Source: Aureliella sp. (GTDB lineage: Bacteria; Planctomycetota; Planctomycetia; Pirellulales; Pirellulaceae). Taken from it: a stretch of 64,000 nucleotides of DNA. The stretch is taken from positions 3,520,001-3,584,000 of the forward strand of contig OY829846.1 in NCBI GenBank assembly GCA_963691875.1, written 5' to 3'. Positions 46,385-54,694 of this stretch are shown piece after piece. The stretch's first letter is position 1. The number at the start of each line of letters is the position of its first letter. The position numbers were made by a program, and so were the translations under genes. The notes below the pieces were generated by a model. It was not told the DNA's origin. It made no database searches and saw only the letters and a list, made by a program, of their open reading frames with translations.

Positions 46385-46714
46385 ATGAATCGCCAGCAGA
46401 TCATTGCTATTTTTATCCTGGTATCAGTTGCTGCCGCTGGAATCTATTTCTGGCTTGGTCGTGGCTATGGCGAGCTGAGTCCGCAAGGCTACGCGTATTC
46501 CAAGGCATTGTTCTTGGCTTGCAATCAAAAAGACTCAGAGAAGCTCGAACAGATTTCCGAGATGATCGAGCAGGATGCTGCATCCGGCCAACTTCAATCG
46601 CAGGAAGTAAAATGGCTGCAATCGATCATTGAGCTCGGGCTGGACGAAAGTTGGACAGAAGCCAACCGCCGAGTGAGGAAGTTGATGAACGACCAAGTCC
46701 AGGAAGTGCCCTGA
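46385..46714 (+). CDS. Small membrane-anchored helical protein (DUF1559 partner)
   Basis: N-terminal TM IIAIFILVSVAAAGIYFWL followed by a helical domain; directly downstream of the DUF1559 gene. Confidence 0.75.
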   Translation: MNRQQIIAIFILVSVAAAGIYFWLGRGYGELSPQGYAYSKALFLACNQKDSEKLEQISEMIEQDAASGQLQSQEVKWLQSIIELGLDESWTEANRRVRKLMNDQVQEVP

Positions 46715-46926
46715 CGAGACGTGTAAACGCCTAAGCGCGTCCTGAAAATCTTCTGGCGATTTTTTGTAACGCTCTGGGCAACAATCTACATAAGCCTTTG
46801 GATGCCGTAAGTTCTTGCTACCAAGCTCCAGCGTCAACTTACGAGAAAGAAACTCTCTTCCCTGGCCAATTCGACGTTGGGCCAAACGAAGAGTATCACA
46901 AACACTACCAAAACCAGGATTTCCTC

Positions 46927-47904
46927 ATGGCTTTGCGTTCCCTTCGATTTCCTTCCATCTGTTTTCTCGCCCTGAGCTTGCTGAGCGTCAGCTTGTTGCC
47001 CAATGGACTTCGAGCCGCTGATGCTCCCCTAGTCACAGCCGACGAAACTCCGGTATACGTCGCCAAAGTCAATTTTGACGAATTCCGCAAAACAAACATT
47101 GGTAAGAAGCTCATGTCGCTTGTCGAAGCGATGGCGAAGGAGGAGCTAGGTGGAGAGGGAGATGCAGTCCAGAAGATCACCGAAGGATTGGGTTTCAACC
47201 CAATGGAGGAGCTGCAATCCGTAACCGTTATGGCGGATTCACGCGATTTGCCCGACGAGAGTCTCAAAGTCGTGGTTGGCTTAGGAAAAACCACAGGCAA
47301 TCTGGATGGGTTGGCACTAACTCTTCCCGGCTACGATTCGGAAGAAATCGGCGAGCACACGATCCATTCTGCCGACCTGGATGGTCAGCCAGCTTTTGCT
47401 ACCATCCGAGAATCAGGCGGCAATAAGCAGGTTGTGGCGGCCATGAGTCGATCGAATTTGATGGAACTACTTGATGGCAAAGGAGGAAAAGTACCAGCTC
47501 TACCAAATGGTGAATCGACGCTTTTGCAGATCCATGCGTCGGATCTACCTCCACAGCTCAAGGAAGAGTTTGGCGAAAACCAGCCGCTTAATACGGCGAT
47601 CAAGCTCATTTCTAGCTTCATGGTAGTTGTGACTGCGGACGACGATTCATTTGGCGTAACCGTTCGACTCAATGCCACTTCGGAGAAAAAAGCTGATCAG
47701 ATCAAGCAACTCGCCCAAGGTGCACGTGCATTGTTGAGTCTTATGGAAGATGAACTGAAGCAAGACAAAGACTTCATGGCAGTTAAGAGTATCTTAGATG
47801 AAGTGAAATTCGGGCACGAAGGCAAGACCTTCTCTGCGAGCGTCGATGTCCCCGAGCAATTCATCATGAAGTTTCTAAAGGAAGAGGCTGGCCTACCGTT
47901 GTGA
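46927..47904 (+). CDS. Exported hypothetical protein
   Basis: Signal peptide MALRSLRFPSICFLALSLLSVSLLPNGLRA after an AGGA RBS; overlaps the sigma factor start. Confidence 0.8.
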   Translation: MALRSLRFPSICFLALSLLSVSLLPNGLRAADAPLVTADETPVYVAKVNFDEFRKTNIGKKLMSLVEAMAKEELGGEGDAVQKITEGLGFNPMEELQSVTVMADSRDLPDESLKVVVGLGKTTGNLDGLALTLPGYDSEEIGEHTIHSADLDGQPAFATIRESGGNKQVVAAMSRSNLMELLDGKGGKVPALPNGESTLLQIHASDLPPQLKEEFGENQPLNTAIKLISSFMVVVTADDDSFGVTVRLNATSEKKADQIKQLAQGARALLSLMEDELKQDKDFMAVKSILDEVKFGHEGKTFSASVDVPEQFIMKFLKEEAGLPL

Positions 47905-48548
47905 GTCATTCGATCGCAAGATCTGCGCTGCATCCATCTGTTTCTAGTTCAAACTCGAATGTGAATGCAGCCTCGCCAGATAGCGAAACGCTCGTCGGCT
48001 CTGTGCAAGAGCTGGCTGTGCGGACCAAATCAGGCGACGAAAGAGCTTTTGCCGAGCTCTATCGTCGCCTAGTTCCGCGTATGCGCTCGTTTTTAGGCGG
48101 CAGAACTGATTTGCGAGGTGCCGATATCGAAGAGGTAATTCAAGAGTCTTTTCTCAAGGCCTGGCGCAACATCGAAAAATTCGATGAGGCCTTTCAATTC
48201 TCAACCTGGATCTACACTATCGCCATCCACACGGCGAAGGACTTTCATCGCAAGCGAGCGCGTAGCCGGCAGCTGTTCAATAAGTTGGCTGAGGAGTCTT
48301 GGGACATTAGCCCTGATGTGGAATCCTGCTCGGTCGAGGTCCGAGAGAGCTCTGATAACGTGTGGAGCATCGCTCGAGAAATGCTGACAAAAGACCAATA
48401 CTCGGCGATGTGGCTTCGCTATTCGGAAGAACTCTCCGTTAAAGAGATAGCCAAGGTCCTAAAGAAAACAAGTGTCGGCGTGCGAGTCTCCTTGCACCGA
48501 GCTCGCGCCAGCTTGCAGAAAGCAATGCAAGAGAAAGGCCTACAATAA
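47901..48548 (+). CDS. ECF RNA polymerase sigma factor
   Basis: GDERAFAELY, IEEVIQESFLKAW, FSTWIYTIA and LSVKEIAKVL...VRVSLHRAR motifs. Confidence 0.93.
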   Translation: MSHSIARSALHPSVSSSNSNVNAASPDSETLVGSVQELAVRTKSGDERAFAELYRRLVPRMRSFLGGRTDLRGADIEEVIQESFLKAWRNIEKFDEAFQFSTWIYTIAIHTAKDFHRKRARSRQLFNKLAEESWDISPDVESCSVEVRESSDNVWSIAREMLTKDQYSAMWLRYSEELSVKEIAKVLKKTSVGVRVSLHRARASLQKAMQEKGLQ

Positions 48549-49249
48549 TGATTGCGTTCATAAAACGATTGCTGGCAAAGTGGCACTTGAACCGAGCCGA
48601 AGACACGAGCTGCGAACCACCAAATTGGGTGCAGCAGTTGCTTGAATCAGACCGAGAGCTCGCGGAATACCAGACTGGTCTTCAGACGCTTCGAAAAGAA
48701 CTAGTGCAGGATCGGGCTGCGTGGAGCGAACAGAATTTCCCTGCCTCGGAGGAGATTTCTGCCTGCGAGAGCGCGGAGTCAGAAGAGCGATTCATCGAGC
48801 TCTTGAACCAAGATTTCATGGAAACCAAGCTTGCCGCAAATTCTCGATTTTGGAATACGGCAGCTTGCCTTGCCGCTGCAGCTAGCATCGCAATGATCAT
48901 TGTTGCCTTGCAGAATATGCCCGGCTCAGGTGGCGCGGCTATCACCAACCCGTCTGGCCAAGATGGCGTTGTGGAGGCGGATGAGATTGACGTAAAACCC
49001 TTGCTCGCGACGGCGAATGCTAGCAGTCAAGTTGCGATGAGTATTTCCGATGGTGCGAATCGGTGGTTGGACAAGTTGACCTCGCGCGTCGCGCGGGCAA
49101 GCCAAGAAACAGTGGATGCGCCTGAGGCCTTGATGTCACGCACTCGCGAAAACCTGCGAGACTACGAAGGTAGAATGCGAACTGCAATTCGCAGCTTCGC
49201 CACAACTCTAACCACTAGCGTCACGGGTCTAAGCATCCCCTCCAACTAA
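48548..49249 (+). CDS. Putative membrane-bound anti-sigma factor
   Basis: Translationally coupled to the ECF sigma; one TM (LAAAASIAMIIVAL) after an approximately 100-aa cytoplasmic domain. Confidence 0.65.
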   Translation: MIAFIKRLLAKWHLNRAEDTSCEPPNWVQQLLESDRELAEYQTGLQTLRKELVQDRAAWSEQNFPASEEISACESAESEERFIELLNQDFMETKLAANSRFWNTAACLAAAASIAMIIVALQNMPGSGGAAITNPSGQDGVVEADEIDVKPLLATANASSQVAMSISDGANRWLDKLTSRVARASQETVDAPEALMSRTRENLRDYEGRMRTAIRSFATTLTTSVTGLSIPSN

Positions 49250-49328
49250 CGTCGCGGGCATTTTTCTGCGTGTTTGGCATCGCAAGAATTCCGCCCGATG
49301 CCTTCTTTAGATGCCTACTCCGCAGGGG

Positions 49329-49613
49329 TTATTTCTGCTTCTTCATCCAATTGACGAAGTTGGCCAACTGCGGATGGGACCTCAACAGTTCGAGGCTGTG
49401 ATAATGTCGCCCCAATTCTTTCTCTTTGGAGACGAAACGGTGAACTGCGTTGTGACAATCGTGACATAACGAGACGGTGATTCGCATCTGCTCGCGGGTG
49501 AAGTTCTTCTGAAACCACTTGTTCTTGTGGCAAGTTCGCGGGATCAAATGATGCTCAGTCGTCCCCCGCTTGGTTTTGCGATGACATAGCTCGCAGGATT
49601 GCTCGTTTGCCAT
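49329..49613 (-). CDS. Small HNH-like zinc-binding protein
   Basis: CELC...TEHHLIP...LCHDCHNAVH pattern. Confidence 0.75.
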   Translation of the reverse strand: MANEQSCELCHRKTKRGTTEHHLIPRTCHKNKWFQKNFTREQMRITVSLCHDCHNAVHRFVSKEKELGRHYHSLELLRSHPQLANFVNWMKKQK

Positions 49614-49648
49614 GTCGAAGTCTCAGAGATAGAAAGTGGGGAAGGTGA

Positions 49649-50434
49649 TCACTCGCCGAAACGTGGATGAGCGATGGCGTCCTGATTGGCACCCGCAAAG
49701 ATGCTGCGGCCGCCATCAACGGGCAAGCAAACCCCCGTGATAAAAGGACTCGTTGCCAGAAAGTAGACCGCTCGAGCGACATCATCGGCTGTGCCGGCTC
49801 GCTTGAGCAGGCTCTCGGCAACAATCTGAGATTCTCGCTCTGGACTGATCTCATCGGCTAGCAAGACAGGCCCTGGCAGGATCGCGTTCACACGAACCCT
49901 TGGATTCCGCGACGCCAACTCCACGGCCATGGTTCGCGTTAGCGTCTTGATTGATCCCTTACTCACGAAGTACGCGGGAAAATCCTTGTAAGGTCGCTTC
50001 GTGGCCCAATCACCGATATTCAAAAGGCAGCCGCCAGAGGCTTGCCTGGCCATCTGCAGACCAAACTGCTGACAAATGAGCGCACTGGCTAAGCTATTTA
50101 CACGGAAGAACTCCAGGTAGTCCTCAGCCTGCGTTTCTTCCAGTGACTTCGGTTCCCAGATGGCAGCCGAGTTGACGACGAGGTCAATTCGGCCAAAGCG
50201 ATTCACAATCTGCTCGCACCATTCCTGCGCACAACTCTCGTCAGCCAAATCTCCGTGCATGCAAAGTGGCTCGCCCTGCGATGCGGATCGCGCTGTCCGA
50301 CCGTGAGTGACAACCTCGAAACCGCTCTCCACGAGAAAGCATGCAATAGTCTGGCCAACTCTTGGCGACTGACTTCCTGTGACAAATGCGACTGGCTTCT
50401 CGCAGTCAAAAACTTCTTGGGTGATGCTTGGCAC
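49649..50434 (-). CDS. SDR oxidoreductase, pteridine reductase (FolM/PTR1)-like
   Basis: VTGSQSPRVG, VNSAA, YFVSK, RVNAILPG and FITG-CLPVDGG motifs. Confidence 0.85.
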   Translation of the reverse strand: MPSITQEVFDCEKPVAFVTGSQSPRVGQTIACFLVESGFEVVTHGRTARSASQGEPLCMHGDLADESCAQEWCEQIVNRFGRIDLVVNSAAIWEPKSLEETQAEDYLEFFRVNSLASALICQQFGLQMARQASGGCLLNIGDWATKRPYKDFPAYFVSKGSIKTLTRTMAVELASRNPRVRVNAILPGPVLLADEISPERESQIVAESLLKRAGTADDVARAVYFLATSPFITGVCLPVDGGRSIFAGANQDAIAHPRFGE

Positions 50435-50987
50435 GATCTATTCTTAGATTCTACGAGTGGCAACTGTTGGATGCGATCTCGGAAGGCTAGCAATCTGATC
50501 GCACCGAGAGAACGGCTTTGCACATTCTAGCTTGCCAGCAAACCCGCGAGTCTTGTAGATCAAGAGATACAGTTCGGTACGAGCACAAGTTAGCGGTATG
50601 CGAGAAGAGGAATTCTGGCAAATCCGACAACGAAGAATCGGACGCTAGCAAACGCTCCGACAACCCTTGCGATCAAATTACATTACTTTGCCGGAATAAT
50701 CAGAATATTTTAACAGCAGCTGCCGAAAAGAAACATTGACGACGTCCATCGGGATTCGTTATCCCCATTGGATTCCGCGTCTCGTCTAGTTCAACAATGA
50801 TTTTGTTGGATAGCCGAACGTCACCAATGACGCAGGCCTGAAGGAATCAGGTCTCGGATGTTGGGGCTAGCAAGAAACGATTTCGCGATCGAACTCTTGC
50901 AGTCGAAGGCCGTGGAAGCGGCAAAACAGGATTGTTGCACACGGCCGGGCAACCGGTTACTCACCATCGCGAAGAAGGAGTGTCGCG

Positions 50988-53900
50988 TTGAGTCAGGACA
51001 TCTCAAAACAGAAGCGACTTTGGCTAAGACGAATTCTTGGTAAGGGACTACGGCAAGCCTGCCTCGGCTCGACTTTGCTTTCACCCTTGCTAATGACATC
51101 CGCGGCAATGGGCCAAGTCGGTACCCCCCAAATAACATCACCGCCTGCAGCGACCGTTCAGCCGCAAGTTGATGCCAACTTTGTCATGGGTTGGATTGAC
51201 GAGTCGGTGGCTAAACTGAACGCTGGCGATCAGGTCGGTGCAGCGCGAGCCTGGGCAGAGGCCGTTCGGGCTCGCACCAAGCTTGCGGCCAAAGACCCCT
51301 CCGTCGAAGCTCGCATCAAGAGCGAAGAGCAGCTGTTGCTTCGAAAAGGCATGCGTCGCGAGCAGATCGTCGAGGCCTACAAAGCCCTGCCAGAGGAAAT
51401 GCGACCTGCTAGCGGAGTAGCTACTGCTTCGGCACTGGCTCCGGTTGTCACAGCGACCACCATGCTACCAACAGCAACGGTTCCGGCGGTGCAAAATACC
51501 GTCTTTGCACCTTCGACAGATACCACGCAAACGCTTCCTGCTTCGGGCGAAGTGGTGACTGCACCTGCAACGCCTCCAGCGATTCCAGTTTCTACGCCCA
51601 ACGTTCCAACTGGCGTTCAGCTGTACCAAAACGGAATCAAGTTGCTCAGTCAAGGCAACCGTGAAGGTGCCTTCAAGCAATTCCAAGAGGCTTGGAAATA
51701 CCAAGGCGAATTAGATGTCACCACGCGAATGTCCTTGAAGGACAAGCTGGTTTCGATGCAACCAGTCGCGCCGGCAGCGGCCGCTACGACTCTGCCACCT
51801 TCGATCAATCAGCAAGAGCTAGCTGAACGTCAGCGAATGATGAGCGAAGTGACTGCTGAGATTGCAGCAGCTGAAGCAAATCAAGAGTCCGAGCCTGAAG
51901 TGGTTCGCGATCGCCTGCAGACACTACGCACCCGCGTGAGCCAAGCCAACTTGGATGCAGCGTCTCGAAAGCAGATGTTGACGATCGTCGATCGCAAGAT
52001 TGCTTCGCACCAGATCTACATGACTCAGAATCGTGCAGTCATTGATCAGCAGACTCGCAACAATCAGATCCTGGAGCAGCGAGCTCTGGATCAGGAACAA
52101 CGCTACGAGATTGATCAACAAATCGCGTCCTTGGTCGAAACCTACAACGACCTGATGGACAAAGGCGACTTCTTGGCGGCCGAAGTGGTTGCTAAGCAAG
52201 TTGAAGCAATCGATCGCAACTCACAGATCGCGAAGCTGCTGATGGCAACAGCCCGGAACGCGAGACGTACCGGTGAGTATGAAGCGACTCGTGCCGCTCG
52301 AGAGGATCTTTACATCGACGTCATGAACGATGTTGATTCTGCGGCACTTGGAGCCATGCGAACAGACGACACACCCCTCATCTTCAACCCAGAGATTTGG
52401 GAAGATGTAACACGCTTGCGTCAAACTGACGTTCGCGAGTCCGAAATTGGAATGAGCCCTGCAGAACGCGAGATCTGGAAACAGCTCAAACAGCCTGTCC
52501 TGGTGGACTTCCAGAACCGTCCGCTTTCCGAAGTGGCTCGAACACTTTCGGACACTTCCGGCATCTTGATGCACATCGATGAAGCAGGACTTGCTCGCGA
52601 AGGCCTGACGCCTGATATGACCGTCAGCCTGAGCCTAGGCTCTGAGATTTCGCTTCAGAGTGTGCTCAACTTGCTGCTCAACTCGCGAAACCTTGGGTTC
52701 CAAGTTCGCAATGAGGTTCTTGTCATCACTTCGGCACGCGACACCGCAGCCGCTCTGAAGCAGCGAACCTACACCGTGAAGGACTTGGTGATTCCGATCC
52801 CTAACTTCACCACAGACAGCAACAGTGGCATGGCAGGAGCTCTCCGGCAAGCCTACGAGACGATTGGCCGAGGCCTAGTGGCTCGCAATAGCGGTCCACA
52901 ACCTGGTCAAGGTGGATTCGTTCAACAAGCTTCCTACAACATGGATCCGAACTCACGAGTTCTCGGTCAGGTTGGTGGAGCCAACATGCTCGGTGGCGGC
53001 AACTTGCCCCCAGCACTTCCAGGTGGATTCGGATTGGGCGGGAGCAGCGGACCAACGATGGGAAGCGGCTTTGGAACTCCTCCCATGTCCATGGGATCAC
53101 CCGGAGCCATCGGTGGTGGAGCGGCTCAAGCCGACTTCGATACGCTGATCAACTTGATTCAGCAGACCATCGAGCCAGATTCCTGGTTGCAGAATGGTGG
53201 AACCAATACCATCTTGCCCTACCCATCGAACTTGTCGCTGGTCGTAAGTGCTCCTCAAACCACGCACGAACGCATCACCGACTTGCTTGAATCGCTACGA
53301 CGTCTGCAAGATTTGCAGGTTACGATTGAAGTCAAGTTCATCACCTTGAACGACAACTTTTTCGAGCGACTTGGCGTCGATTTCGACTTGCGAATAGACG
53401 ACAACGTCCGAAACCTGCCGCTGGATGATCAAGGTCCTAGTACCGCAATTGGTCTGAACGCAGGCTTCGATGCAGCCTCCGGTGTCCTACCTTTCACGGC
53501 TGACTTCGACATCGCGGTGACCCAAGACAGCTTCGGTAGCTCGGTCCCAGCCTTCGGTGGGTTCGACGCAGCAGCGGGTGCAAGCCTTGGCTTTGCAATC
53601 CTCAGCGACTTGGAGATGTTCTTCTTCATGAACGCGGCTCAGGGTGACCAACGAACGAACGTTCTGCAAGCACCTCGAGTCACGATGTTCGATGGACAGT
53701 TCGCTTCGATCATCGACACGACATCCAGGCCTTTTGTTACGAGCTTGATTCCAGTTGTTGGTGACTTCGCGGTGGCACAACAACCGGTCATCGTGATCCT
53801 GAACGAAGGAACGGTACTCAACGTTCAAGCGACAGTTTCACCTGACAAACGATTTGTTCGAATGACGCTCAACCCGAACTTCTCTCAAATCGACCGAGTT

Positions 53901-54296
53901 GACACCTTCACCTTCGACGGTGAGCAAACGACTACGACGAACAGCACCACCAATGGTAGCAACGTCTTGGATCCAGACGGGAATGTCACAGGTAGCACCA
54001 ACGACAGCACCACGCGGATCGCAGGTACAACGGTTCAGCAGCCTAGCTTTGCGAACACGTCGATCAACACGACCGTCAGTGTTCCTGACGGAGGTACGAT
54101 CCTACTGGGTGGTATCAAGCGAATGCGAGAAGCTCGCTTGGAGCGAGGTGTTCCAGTCCTGAGCAAGATCCCTTATCTCAATCGTCTGTTCAAAAACACT
54201 TCGATTGGTCGCGAAACTGCTACTTTGATGATGACCGTGACACCACGAATCATCATCCAAGAGGAAGAAGAAATGAAGTACGGTGTGAATCCGTAA
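50988..54296 (+). CDS. Secretin (GspD/PilQ-like) with large N-terminal helical/TPR-like region
   Basis: Signal peptide; STN-like VDFQNRPL; LIQQTIEPDSW...LVVSAPQTTHERITDLL, QVTIEVKF, NVLQAPRVT, TTVSVPDGGTILLGG and PVLSKIPYLNRLF. Confidence 0.9.
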   Translation: MSQDISKQKRLWLRRILGKGLRQACLGSTLLSPLLMTSAAMGQVGTPQITSPPAATVQPQVDANFVMGWIDESVAKLNAGDQVGAARAWAEAVRARTKLAAKDPSVEARIKSEEQLLLRKGMRREQIVEAYKALPEEMRPASGVATASALAPVVTATTMLPTATVPAVQNTVFAPSTDTTQTLPASGEVVTAPATPPAIPVSTPNVPTGVQLYQNGIKLLSQGNREGAFKQFQEAWKYQGELDVTTRMSLKDKLVSMQPVAPAAAATTLPPSINQQELAERQRMMSEVTAEIAAAEANQESEPEVVRDRLQTLRTRVSQANLDAASRKQMLTIVDRKIASHQIYMTQNRAVIDQQTRNNQILEQRALDQEQRYEIDQQIASLVETYNDLMDKGDFLAAEVVAKQVEAIDRNSQIAKLLMATARNARRTGEYEATRAAREDLYIDVMNDVDSAALGAMRTDDTPLIFNPEIWEDVTRLRQTDVRESEIGMSPAEREIWKQLKQPVLVDFQNRPLSEVARTLSDTSGILMHIDEAGLAREGLTPDMTVSLSLGSEISLQSVLNLLLNSRNLGFQVRNEVLVITSARDTAAALKQRTYTVKDLVIPIPNFTTDSNSGMAGALRQAYETIGRGLVARNSGPQPGQGGFVQQASYNMDPNSRVLGQVGGANMLGGGNLPPALPGGFGLGGSSGPTMGSGFGTPPMSMGSPGAIGGGAAQADFDTLINLIQQTIEPDSWLQNGGTNTILPYPSNLSLVVSAPQTTHERITDLLESLRRLQDLQVTIEVKFITLNDNFFERLGVDFDLRIDDNVRNLPLDDQGPSTAIGLNAGFDAASGVLPFTADFDIAVTQDSFGSSVPAFGGFDAAAGASLGFAILSDLEMFFFMNAAQGDQRTNVLQAPRVTMFDGQFASIIDTTSRPFVTSLIPVVGDFAVAQQPVIVILNEGTVLNVQATVSPDKRFVRMTLNPNFSQIDRVDTFTFDGEQTTTTNSTTNGSNVLDPDGNVTGSTNDSTTRIAGTTVQQPSFANTSINTTVSVPDGGTILLGGIKRMREARLERGVPVLSKIPYLNRLFKNTSIGRETATLMMTVTPRIIIQEEEEMKYGVNP

Positions 54297-54326
54297 ATCT
54301 CACAACTTACTATTCTAATCAAACGC

Positions 54327-54361
54327 AAAATCTGCCCCGCCTCTCGCGGGGCGGATTTTTT
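54327..54361 (+). terminator. Intrinsic terminator after the secretin gene
   Basis: AAAATCTGCCCCGC-CTCTC-GCGGGGCGGATTTTTT. Confidence 0.85.
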
Positions 54362-54451
54362 GTGCGCGATCGAAGGCTCGATCGCGGTTCTTCGGTTCCT
54401 GGCCCCGTACTAATCCGGAATGACCACAATACGCGTCCTACGCGAAACGAA

Positions 54452-54544
54452 AGAAGCGTCACGGCGAAACGCCTCACTAGGGAGAAGCGTCACGGCGAAA
54501 CGCCTCACTAGGGAGAAGCGTCACGACGAAACGCCTCACTAGAG
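54452..54544. repeat. Three tandem 31-bp repeats (REP-like)
   Basis: AGAAGCGTCACGGCGAAACGCCTCACTAGGG x3 (third copy slightly diverged); no spacers. Confidence 0.9.
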
Positions 54545-54694
54545 AATAGATGACTAGCAGCGCATTCGGCTGACGCCACCATCTGGAAACTCTGATTCGC
54601 CCTACCGACTACCAGGTAGCGAATCGTGGACGCCACCGAGGTTGTGTACAATGAGTTTTTCTCGAACTCGACTCGTTCCCACTGCAGGTCAGCT

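Noticed and set aside
54452..54544. CRISPR array
   Set aside because: The repeats are head-to-tail with no unique spacers, and no cas genes lie in the window.
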